Shown: in pieces, positions 18,669-26,885 of the stretch
Numbering within the stretch: the stretch's first letter is position 1
How the letters are laid out: every line of letters begins with the position of its first letter
Assembly (NCBI GenBank): GCA_030613245.1
Contig: JAUWMI010000004.1
Location: 32,610-96,609 of the forward strand
Direction of reading: 5' to 3'
Source: Candidatus Sumerlaeota bacterium
GTDB lineage: Bacteria; Sumerlaeota; Sumerlaeia; MWCT01; JAUWMI01
DNA: 64,000 nucleotides
The notes under the pieces: generated by a model
What the model saw: only the letters and a program-made list of their open reading frames with translations
Told to the model about the DNA's origin: nothing
Database searches by the model: none
Made by a program: the position numbers and the translations under genes

Positions 18669-19472
18669 CTAACATACCACACGTCGCAGGCATGCCTCCA
18701 GCAATGCCACATCCTCCTCAAGCATGGTCGGATGATCTTTCGTATAGATTCCTACGCAGACTCCGTCTTGAGAACGCAGATGCTTCGCCGCGAAGGTGAA
18801 GGCTTCCTCTGGATCATTGCGCCCTGCTGCCAGCACCTTGTAATGAATCACTGGCCGAGAGAGCTCCTTAATGACCTTGACCATAGCATCGCGATCTGCG
18901 GCATGGAACCATTCCGACCTACCCGATACATGTTCTGCCTGCTTATCTCGATGCGCAGAATTGTAATATGAGCACAGGTAAAAATCCACATCGAGATGCT
19001 CTTCCGCCCACTCAAATACCTTCGGATTGTGCCCAGCGATACCCGCAGGCATCCCTGCCTCTCTGATCTTTGTAATTGCCGGTGGCACCTCGTTGAGCCG
19101 TTTCTGCGCCAGAAGAAAATCCATCACTCCACCGTGAATAAAGCAGGCCTTTGCTCCGCCGGAAATTGCATTTTGAACTCCGCGCTCCGTGCTGCCGATC
19201 TCCGGGCACGTCTGAGCAATCCACTGGACCGCGCCCCCTGCATCCCAGTATTCAAGCAGCACACGCATAACATGATGGTCAGCCCGCCCAATGTGCGTAT
19301 TTATGCCGAGCGCCTCAGATTGACGAAAAATCTCCATAATACGTTCAGCCGTATAGTAGTGTTTCAGTTCCAGGTCAATCTCAGGCCTCTGATGAGAAAA
19401 GCCGCTGAAAGGATTCCCACCCAGAATGAACCGGCTGACCGTAAGATTCCCGATCTTAACCGTCCCAAGCAC
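18669..19472 (-). CDS. Hypothetical protein (267 aa, soluble)
   Basis: Long ORF flanked by other minus-strand genes; no motif recognised. Confidence 0.4.
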   Translation of the reverse strand: MLGTVKIGNLTVSRFILGGNPFSGFSHQRPEIDLELKHYYTAERIMEIFRQSEALGINTHIGRADHHVMRVLLEYWDAGGAVQWIAQTCPEIGSTERGVQNAISGGAKACFIHGGVMDFLLAQKRLNEVPPAITKIREAGMPAGIAGHNPKVFEWAEEHLDVDFYLCSYYNSAHRDKQAEHVSGRSEWFHAADRDAMVKVIKELSRPVIHYKVLAAGRNDPEEAFTFAAKHLRSQDGVCVGIYTKDHPTMLEEDVALLEACLRRVVC

Positions 19473-19601
19473 TTCTTCTTACCAGGCCCTTCGCCACTTC
19501 AGCACTCTATGATCTAGTGATGCCTTCTCTAAGCAAAGTCTTAATGAAGAAACTATGAATATCTTGCAGCCAGTTATTGGACTAATACGGATTCTACGTT
19601 A

Positions 19602-20741
19602 TCAAACCTTGATGTAAATCTTCTTCTTGTAAAGAGGTGTCAAGACTAGGAGCCAAAACACAATATAGCTGATGGCAAACAAGAGGGATGCCATCTTCAG
19701 GTCGTCTGACCATGGGACAAAGATATTTTGGTAAATCCAGGGCTTTAGCGCCAGCTCTCCATCCGCTATGGGTACTGTTATATACCTGCCTATTAATCTG
19801 CCTACGATTCCTGATGCGAAAAAGACTGCAATAGCGTTTGTTCCATAAATAACAAAAGGTGTTGCCCATCGCTTGTAGCCCTTTATGTCTATTAGCCAGT
19901 AACACATCGCCAGGAAATGCAGCGCCATGCCTGCCATGAAGACAACGTAAGAACTGGTCCAGATTTTCTTGTTAATTGGAAACCAGACATGCATGATCAC
20001 TCCGACCACGATTGCCACGTTTGCCATGATAAAAAGACCAGTCAACTTCTCCATCTTGCTTCGCGCAGAATGAAGCCAGTTGCCTGTCAGCACACCCAAT
20101 AGCGTCGTCGAGATCGCAGGAATCGTACTTAATATCCCTTCTGGATCAGGTCTTTCTCTGTACAGATGCCCGCCTAGAACCTTCGTATCAATATAGTCAT
20201 GGAGAAGTCCTTCCTGTCCTGTCACCGACGCTTCGTAACCAATAGGGGCGTGAAAGAGCTTCACGATTGCCCAATAGATAACGATTATCGCAAATGCCCA
20301 GAACGCACGTCCCTTCCAGCCCGTATACATAACAATAATAGCCGCGAAGAAATAACAGACAGCGATCCGCTGCAACACACCAGGGATGCGTATGGTCCCA
20401 AGATTGAATTTGGGAAACCCGGCGAGAATAAGACCCAGCAGAAAAAGAATTGCACTTCGCCTTACCACGTTGGCAAAGAGCTGGCTGCGAGTATCACCCC
20501 GCTCCAGACGCTTCGCAAAAGAAAACGTCATCGCAACTCCCACGATAAACATAAAGAACGGAAAGATCGTATCCGTCATCGTCCATCCATTCCATTTGGC
20601 ATGAAGCAGTGGAGAGTAAACGTGACCCCAGCTCCCTGGATTGTTCACCAGAATCATCATCGCAATCGTAATGCCCCGAAAGGCATCCAGTGAAACCAAA
20701 CGTTCACCTTTCTGCTCTTTGATCTGTTCGTTCATGGTCAC
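19602..20741 (-). CDS. Acyltransferase-3/HGSNAT-like membrane protein (DUF1624/DUF5009 family)
   Basis: The N-terminal RLVSLDAFRGITIAMMILVNN motif is characteristic of the heparan-alpha-glucosaminide N-acetyltransferase-like family. About 10 TM helices. Confidence 0.6.
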   Translation of the reverse strand: MTMNEQIKEQKGERLVSLDAFRGITIAMMILVNNPGSWGHVYSPLLHAKWNGWTMTDTIFPFFMFIVGVAMTFSFAKRLERGDTRSQLFANVVRRSAILFLLGLILAGFPKFNLGTIRIPGVLQRIAVCYFFAAIIVMYTGWKGRAFWAFAIIVIYWAIVKLFHAPIGYEASVTGQEGLLHDYIDTKVLGGHLYRERPDPEGILSTIPAISTTLLGVLTGNWLHSARSKMEKLTGLFIMANVAIVVGVIMHVWFPINKKIWTSSYVVFMAGMALHFLAMCYWLIDIKGYKRWATPFVIYGTNAIAVFFASGIVGRLIGRYITVPIADGELALKPWIYQNIFVPWSDDLKMASLLFAISYIVFWLLVLTPLYKKKIYIKV

Positions 20742-21606
20742 AGACTCTAGGCTCCTTTCTTGATGGTTTGCAGAACTTCAATTACCCTTTCAAAGAAAAC
20801 ATCATCCTGCATGCGACCTAACGCCACTCCTCTGCTAGCCGGATGAGGACTCTTCCTTGCAGAAAGCAGAATGAAACATGCCATCTTATTCTGGATTTGC
20901 CCTATTAAAGAAAGATGGGCTTTGTATTATTGCCAGATGGTGCCCTGAGACTTAGGGGTCGTCAAGCTTGAATTTGGCAATAACATAGAAGCGTCAAGTT
21001 TGCCGGAGCCAATATTTCAAACTATCACATCGACCAATGCCAGCATGTCGAGCCGTGACTCTACCATGAGGAACTTACTGTTTATGAACCATTTTGCAGC
21101 AGGTTATTAAGGATAAAATAGGAGTTTCGCTCAAATTAATTGCATAAAATGCATTTTGCCCTTGACATGAAGGCGATATTCGAATAATCAAGTACATTTA
21201 GTATACTTAAATTAAGATATTTAGTGTGTGCGCCCATTTTTTTGTACCTATTTCCGTCCCAGTTGTAACCGGTGTTACAAGAAGTTTTCATAATAAAGTG
21301 CATATATGAATTTAAAAAGAAGTAATATTATACTTGCATGTTAATTTTGCTCTTGATAGAATGAAATTAATATACACATAAAAAGCAAGTATATTTCGTA
21401 TACTCCTTTTTCATGTTTCTATTCTAACTCAGTGCGTATCTTTTCCTGTTCCAGCCGCAGCTCCTGCTCAAAGACATCCTGAGAAACATCCTATAACGCA
21501 TTCCAAGATCTCGCAGGAATGAAAACGATGTATTTCTTGATCTGTTTTAAGCGCAGATCATTAACTGGGTCTTTGTATTTGTATTAAACAATAACCTGCT
21601 AAATGG
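20742..21606. promoter_or_regulatory. Roughly 0.9 kb AT-rich ORF-free divergent intergenic region, with a TTGACA hexamer at 21162 and palindromes at 21141-21153 (TGCATaaaATGCA) and 21264-21279 (TGTAACcggtGTTACA)
   Basis: No six-frame ORF of 60 aa or more. Locally about 30% GC against about 50% in the flanks. The perfect 6-4-6 palindrome is operator-like. Confidence 0.4.
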
Positions 21607-21623
21607 AAAGGAGGTGATTTAGA

Positions 21624-22139
21624 ATGCTTAAGCGATACCGCTTTCTGCTGTTTGCTGTTGTTGCGATCGTAACCGTGGCAATTGGAACCAGCGCAATATG
21701 GGCTGTTTGCCAATATAAGTTTACAAAGGGCATCAGTGGCCCAATGCAGGTGTATGTCAAGGAGTACAACCAATGGGACTTATACATACACATCTCCGGG
21801 CCTGGCCTTAGCGACCTCGTAATAACAGACGTTATCCCGGCTGAATTGGACGTACTTTGGTACACGGCAGACATGGGAACTGTGTCCATTGAGGAAACTG
21901 GAAAGTCTGGCAAATCCGCGACTAAAGTTACATGGACCATCAATGGCCCCATCCCGGATAATGAGTTTACCACCCTACGCTTGCGCATTGCCACGAGACT
22001 CAGTCCATCTGGTAAGTTCTACCGGTTTACTGACGCTGGCTGCTACTATTTGAACGAAGGCGCGCATATGGAAGGCATCCGCGATTTGTTGCCGTGGTCT
22101 GATGACACAAATGGTATAACTATAACGGTACTGCCATAA
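21624..22139 (+). CDS. Small secreted/membrane-anchored hypothetical protein (171 aa)
   Basis: Canonical SD AAAGGAGGTGA (21607-21617) 6 nt before the ATG. The N-terminal hydrophobic anchor is LLFAVVAIVTVAIG. Confidence 0.55.
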   Translation: MLKRYRFLLFAVVAIVTVAIGTSAIWAVCQYKFTKGISGPMQVYVKEYNQWDLYIHISGPGLSDLVITDVIPAELDVLWYTADMGTVSIEETGKSGKSATKVTWTINGPIPDNEFTTLRLRIATRLSPSGKFYRFTDAGCYYLNEGAHMEGIRDLLPWSDDTNGITITVLP

Positions 22140-22762
22140 GATTAACTCGGTACGAGTACAAATTGCATTGTGAGGAGCCGTGGGTTTACTGACGTGTCCT
22201 CCCCTTGGCACACCTAAAATCTGGGGTTTTCAGTAATCGAGGGCAGCACTGAGTGAAAACAAGCTGCTCATGCAGAGCCGATTATGGGTCGGAGTCCACG
22301 GTTTCTCATCTCTTTTTAGAAAATGTGAGGTACTTCAGGTAAAATGCTGTCTCTTACGATTTCAACAAAGTTGCATACAAGGGGATGTTTTTTCTTAAAG
22401 GAGCGACAACTCCTAAAATTTATGGGACATATCCTAACCGATTGAAATGGTCTTTTCTTATTCTATTCTGAGGACGATTTAGTCTCATTGATGTTATTTA
22501 ACAAGCAAGTTATGCATTGTTGGCCAAAAGAGATTTCGAAAAGGCGGAGCGTTTAGTTAATCACTGCAATGTGTGGAAGGAATGGCTGCTGATGAAGAAT
22601 GAGCTATTTTTATTATACCAAGTATACTTAGTTCCGTGGGAAAACGTCGATAAATTACCAAATCTTAATGCGAGAATTTAATGAAAATCAAAGGTTGCAT
22701 TAAAAAAGTGCATTTTTTTCTTGACACGGCGAAATTGCCTGTGATAGCGGAAACCATACTTG

Positions 22763-22789
22763 CTATACCATGTAATAGATTTGGTATAG
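22763..22789. promoter_or_regulatory. Inverted repeat CTATACCA-N11-TGGTATAG upstream of the HTH-PilZ gene, with a TTGACA at 22721
   Basis: Perfect 8-bp arms lying in the long leader of the regulator gene; a candidate operator. Confidence 0.3.
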
Positions 22790-22977
22790 TAAAACGTGCG
22801 CCCTCACGTCCGTTCCTGCTCCAACTACAGAAGAACATTAAAGCTGAAAGATCCCCTTACGACCCAGCAGGCAACCTACTCAGCAGCTACAGAAAACCAG
22901 GGGTGCTGGAGAGGTATACGCATTTTTCTGTCTTACGTAAATTACTACATCCTATCAACCGGCGGGTCAGGGGAGAT

Positions 22978-23532
22978 ATGAAAACTTATTCAACCTTAGA
23001 AGCAGCCAAGAGAATTGGCGTTAGTAAATCAACATTGTTCGCTTGGTTTAAACATGGTAAAGTAAAAGACGTTGCGCGTGATCACCGTGGCTGGCGAATT
23101 TTCACCAGGGAGGATATACATCGGCTCATTGAATTCCGGCGCAATCGTCGAGCTATGCCTCAGAGCGCAGCTGGAATAGAACGGAGGCATTTTACGCGAG
23201 CGAAAGCCGCCATCCCAATCGTCTATGCACTTCGTGAAAGCCCAAAGCGGTCTGGGAAAGAGAAAATCGAAACAGTTACCGTGAATGTGAGTGGTGGTGG
23301 CTTCATGATAGAACAAAACAAGCCTCTCCAGACCGATGGCTTCCTTGATATTAAGTTCAATTTGCCTTCCCCTGCAAAGAAAGTCAAAGCAATTGGGCAA
23401 ATAAGATGGGTACGGGAAGTTAAGAAAGATCAAGAATCTACTTTTCTTCTCGGGTGTTGGTTCAGGTCAATAAACCCACATCAAAGAAAGCAGGTGATAG
23501 ATTACATTTTTGGATCAAAACCAAAAACATAA
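22978..23532 (+). CDS. Excisionase/MerR-type HTH DNA-binding domain fused to a PilZ (c-di-GMP-binding) domain
   Basis: GGGGAG lies 6 nt before the ATG. The N-terminal STLEAAKRIGVSKSTLFAWFKHGKV matches the Xis-family HTH. The PilZ motifs are RHFTR (RxxxR) and NVSGGG (D/NxSxGG), 27 aa apart. The upstream part of the 283-aa ORF (22681-22977) is probably leader, not coding. Confidence 0.7.
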   Translation: MKTYSTLEAAKRIGVSKSTLFAWFKHGKVKDVARDHRGWRIFTREDIHRLIEFRRNRRAMPQSAAGIERRHFTRAKAAIPIVYALRESPKRSGKEKIETVTVNVSGGGFMIEQNKPLQTDGFLDIKFNLPSPAKKVKAIGQIRWVREVKKDQESTFLLGCWFRSINPHQRKQVIDYIFGSKPKT

Positions 23533-23815
23533 GTATGTACCAAATTCGTTATCCACTTGTAGATGATGGCTGTTGCGCCTCTGATGTTACTCTTCTGTTC
23601 CTCTTCTCGCTGAATATCTTTTCTGACTATACTCTCCTGATGCCCAGATCCGTGTTCTTAACACAGTAGCCTGTTGAATTAGTTGTTGCTTAACCAGGTG
23701 TTTGCCTGCTGCCCTGACGGGCTGCCAAAAGTTACCTGCGAAAAGTTATCTGCAGACACCATGTAAGTTCATTTTGGTTCTGGTTTTACCAAAGGCAAAA
23801 TCGCTGGAGGATTTA

Positions 23816-24529
23816 ATGGAAAACATCTCAAGAGTTTTTCGTACGGTTGCCCTGATTGCCAGTGCTCTGTGCCTCTTACTCCTTGTTGCATGTGCTGCCA
23901 CATTGAGTTTACCAACCATGCCTCTGGATACCAGTATAAGGGGTGTGACTATCCCACAAGAGGTGCGACTTGCGCCAGGAGACGAGATTGAAATCAAGTT
24001 CTATTATACGCCGGACCTGAACGAGAGCCTGACCATTCGGCCAGATGGGAAAATTACCCTCCAGATGGTTGATGACGTCGAGGTAAAGGGTCTCACTCCA
24101 GACGAACTCAGAGTCGAGCTTGAAAGGCTATATACGCCATACATTAAGGAACCTGCTGTCAGCGTGATAGTGCGCACACTTGCCAGCCAGCAAATTTTTG
24201 TTGGCGGGGAGGTGCGCACGCCCGGAGCACTCCCTCTAAACGGTAACACTACGTTGCTCCAGGCTATTATACAGGCTGGTGGATTTATCAAAGTGAGTGC
24301 GAAATTATCGAATGTTATCGTAATGCGCCAGGACGAAGGAAAGTGGTACGGAGGAGCTTTTGACCTAAGAAAGGTGGTTAAAGGCAAGGAAAGCGATTCG
24401 TTTTACCTTAAGCCTATGGATATTGTTTACGTGCCGCGCACCAGAATTAACAAGCTTAACCAGTGGGTTGATCAGTATATCACGAGGATGATTCCAGGGA
24501 TGGGCAGCATTACAGCTTTTGCTCCGTAG
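23816..24529 (+). CDS. Polysaccharide export outer-membrane lipoprotein (Wza/EpsA-like, Poly_export + SLBB)
   Basis: Lipobox LLVAC. The Poly_export motif is PGDEIEIKFYYTPDLNESLTIRPDGKITLQMVDDVEVKGLTPDEL. Confidence 0.8.
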   Translation: MENISRVFRTVALIASALCLLLLVACAATLSLPTMPLDTSIRGVTIPQEVRLAPGDEIEIKFYYTPDLNESLTIRPDGKITLQMVDDVEVKGLTPDELRVELERLYTPYIKEPAVSVIVRTLASQQIFVGGEVRTPGALPLNGNTTLLQAIIQAGGFIKVSAKLSNVIVMRQDEGKWYGGAFDLRKVVKGKESDSFYLKPMDIVYVPRTRINKLNQWVDQYITRMIPGMGSITAFAP

Positions 24530-24567
24530 ATAAGGCCAAAACGATTGGTTCAACAAGAGGTGGCAGA

Positions 24568-26172
24568 ATGGAGCCGATGGAATTAAAATCAAACGTTCCA
24601 GTGCATGGGAATCCGTATTTACGGAATATCTCAGAAATTCCCGAACAGTCGCGCCGTGACTTCTTTCGCATCATATTTCGGCAAAAATGGAAGATCTTGC
24701 TCTGCTTTGTCTTTGTAGTGGGTGCTGCAGCATTCATGGCTTCTCGTACATCAAAGACTTATGAATCGCAAGCAAAGATAATGGTTCGGATGGGACGTGA
24801 GATGCTTTCCGATGACCCGGTGATTCGTAGCGGAGAAGAACGCGGGACTACCAGCAGCCGGGATCAGATGGAATCTGAAATTACAATTCTGAAAAGTAGT
24901 ATCGTTGCCGCGCAGACAGTTGATGAGATTGGAGTAGAAGCCTTTCTTGCGAACGCAAAGGGACAGCCTGCAAAACTTCCTCGCACGCAAATTGCTGAAC
25001 TGGAAACCCTTTCTGAAATTGCGCCTCGCGAGAGAGTTATCAACAGGGTGATGAATAATCTCACTGTGAAAAACAGGGGAAGCATTATTTCAGTAGGTTT
25101 TACCGCAACGGATCCCTATCTCGCGCAACGTGTACTTGACACACTTTTGCGTGTCTATATAAAGCGCCATATTGCTGTGTTTCGGTTAGAAGTTTCCTCG
25201 CAGTTCTTTAGCGAACGCAGCGCTGCTCTTGCAGCTCAGCTCGCACGTAGTCAATCTGAATTCGAAGAATTCTGTAAAACGCATGGCATAATTAACATTG
25301 AAGAGCAAAAAAGCGGGCTGCTGGCTCAGGTGGATGATTTACATGCCCGCCTCTATGATATGAACGCGGAAATCAGTGGATCCCTTGCCATGATCTCCTC
25401 ATTCAAGAATGAGTTAGAAAACCCTGCAGAACGGAATTCCGAAGCTTCAACAGCGGTTCCTGGTGAGCTGGCAAGAATACTGAACACAAGGTTACTTGAG
25501 CTAATGTTCAAGCAAGCGGAGATTTCTCCAAAATATCCGGAAGATTCAAAGGAGATGCGCGATATCAGGCAACAAATCGAAGTTACACGATCATTAATCG
25601 CAACGGAGAATGAAAATGAATCTGGAGCACTTACAGGGATTGATACGGATAAGGCGGCGCTTGAAAGTGCAATGAAAAGCGAGCAAGCCCATCTGGCGTC
25701 ACTCAGGGCGAGGAAGAAATCCTTGGCTGGGGAGCTGGCGAAACGAGAAAAGGCCCTCAACGAACTTTCACCACTTGAGGGAAAGATTGCAAAGATGAGG
25801 CGTAATATCAGCCTGAGCGAACAGGAATACCTGAATTACCGTAATAACCTGCAGGCTACTGAAATCTCGGCCGCTCTGGACAGTGCACATGTTTCTAATG
25901 TTAAAATCTTACAGCCCGCTACTCTGCCAGTGACACCAGTCAAGCCAAGGAAAACGCGTATGATTGCTATCGGATTATTCATCGCATTTTTCGGAAGTAT
26001 AGGTTTTGCCTTTGTTATAGAGTATTTTGATCACTCCTTTAAAACGAATGAAGAAGTTGAACGTCGTTTGGGACTGCCCGTTCTGGCCACTATCCCGAAG
26101 GTGAGGAAACGGGAGTTATTATTAGCCACAGGCCAGCCCGGGAGAAACGAGAGGTTATTGTCTCATGAATAA
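24568..26172 (+). CDS. Polysaccharide chain-length determinant (PCP/Wzz-GumC family)
   Basis: TM helices at both ends with a long coiled-coil periplasmic region. The Wzz-type N-terminal motif is VKNRGSIISVGFTATDPYLAQRVLDTLLRVY. Confidence 0.8.
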   Translation: MEPMELKSNVPVHGNPYLRNISEIPEQSRRDFFRIIFRQKWKILLCFVFVVGAAAFMASRTSKTYESQAKIMVRMGREMLSDDPVIRSGEERGTTSSRDQMESEITILKSSIVAAQTVDEIGVEAFLANAKGQPAKLPRTQIAELETLSEIAPRERVINRVMNNLTVKNRGSIISVGFTATDPYLAQRVLDTLLRVYIKRHIAVFRLEVSSQFFSERSAALAAQLARSQSEFEEFCKTHGIINIEEQKSGLLAQVDDLHARLYDMNAEISGSLAMISSFKNELENPAERNSEASTAVPGELARILNTRLLELMFKQAEISPKYPEDSKEMRDIRQQIEVTRSLIATENENESGALTGIDTDKAALESAMKSEQAHLASLRARKKSLAGELAKREKALNELSPLEGKIAKMRRNISLSEQEYLNYRNNLQATEISAALDSAHVSNVKILQPATLPVTPVKPRKTRMIAIGLFIAFFGSIGFAFVIEYFDHSFKTNEEVERRLGLPVLATIPKVRKRELLLATGQPGRNERLLSHE

Positions 26173-26857
26173 CAAAATGATTACCAATAAGGTGGGGGAG
26201 GGAATCGTTATCAGCTGGAAGATCCCCAACCGAATGGAAGAACAGTGCGGCGCGCTAAAGCATGCAGTCATGGCTTCCATGGATGGCAGAGCCTACGTGC
26301 CATCTGTCCTGGCATTCACCAGCTGCCATGCAGGCGAGGGGGTCACAACGGTAGCAACAAGTTTTGCTCTAACGATTGCTGAGGATCGCGAACGATTTGT
26401 TCTACTGGTTGATTGCAATATTAAGGACCCCTGGTTGCACACACTTTTACAAGCACAGAGAGCTCCAGGATTGGTTGAGGCTCTTACAACAGAGTCTGAT
26501 CTTCCGTGGCCAGTACATCGCATTGGCCAGAGACTTGATGTCCTTTTTGCAGGAAAGGAGACGTTGAAGCCCTGGCGTGTTTTCGGCGGTGGCGAGTTTA
26601 GCAATTTTTTGCGAGAGGCCAAAAGAAACTACGACATGGTAATCCTTGACTGTCCGCCCGTGATTGACTCTGCCGGCTCGCTAGTATTGGCGACAAAAGC
26701 AGATGCCATTGTTTTGGTGCTAGAAGCTGAACGTACTCGGCGTGAAGTTGTACAACGCGCTCAAAGGGCAATTATGAGTTCCGGTGCTAAAATACTCGGA
26801 GTCGTTCTGAATAAAAAGCGCTACCATATTCCCAAGGTGCTGTACAAACATCTTTGA
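26165..26857 (+). CDS. BY-kinase-like P-loop ATPase (CpsD/CapB/EpsB-type) with a non-canonical Walker A (GEGVTT, Lys replaced by Val)
   Basis: Walker A' is VLLVDCNIKDP and Walker B is MVILDCPPV. The short C-terminus has only two Tyr. It overlaps the PCP stop. Confidence 0.65.
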   Translation: MNNKMITNKVGEGIVISWKIPNRMEEQCGALKHAVMASMDGRAYVPSVLAFTSCHAGEGVTTVATSFALTIAEDRERFVLLVDCNIKDPWLHTLLQAQRAPGLVEALTTESDLPWPVHRIGQRLDVLFAGKETLKPWRVFGGGEFSNFLREAKRNYDMVILDCPPVIDSAGSLVLATKADAIVLVLEAERTRREVVQRAQRAIMSSGAKILGVVLNKKRYHIPKVLYKHL

Positions 26858-26885
26858 TCGCAAAGATTCGAAACAGAAACTTTCA

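Noticed and set aside
22140-22977. Possible c-di-GMP (GEMM) riboswitch in the long leader upstream of the HTH-PilZ gene.
   Set aside because: No GNRA-tetraloop/receptor arrangement or conserved GEMM stretches were found by eye. This would need an Rfam scan.
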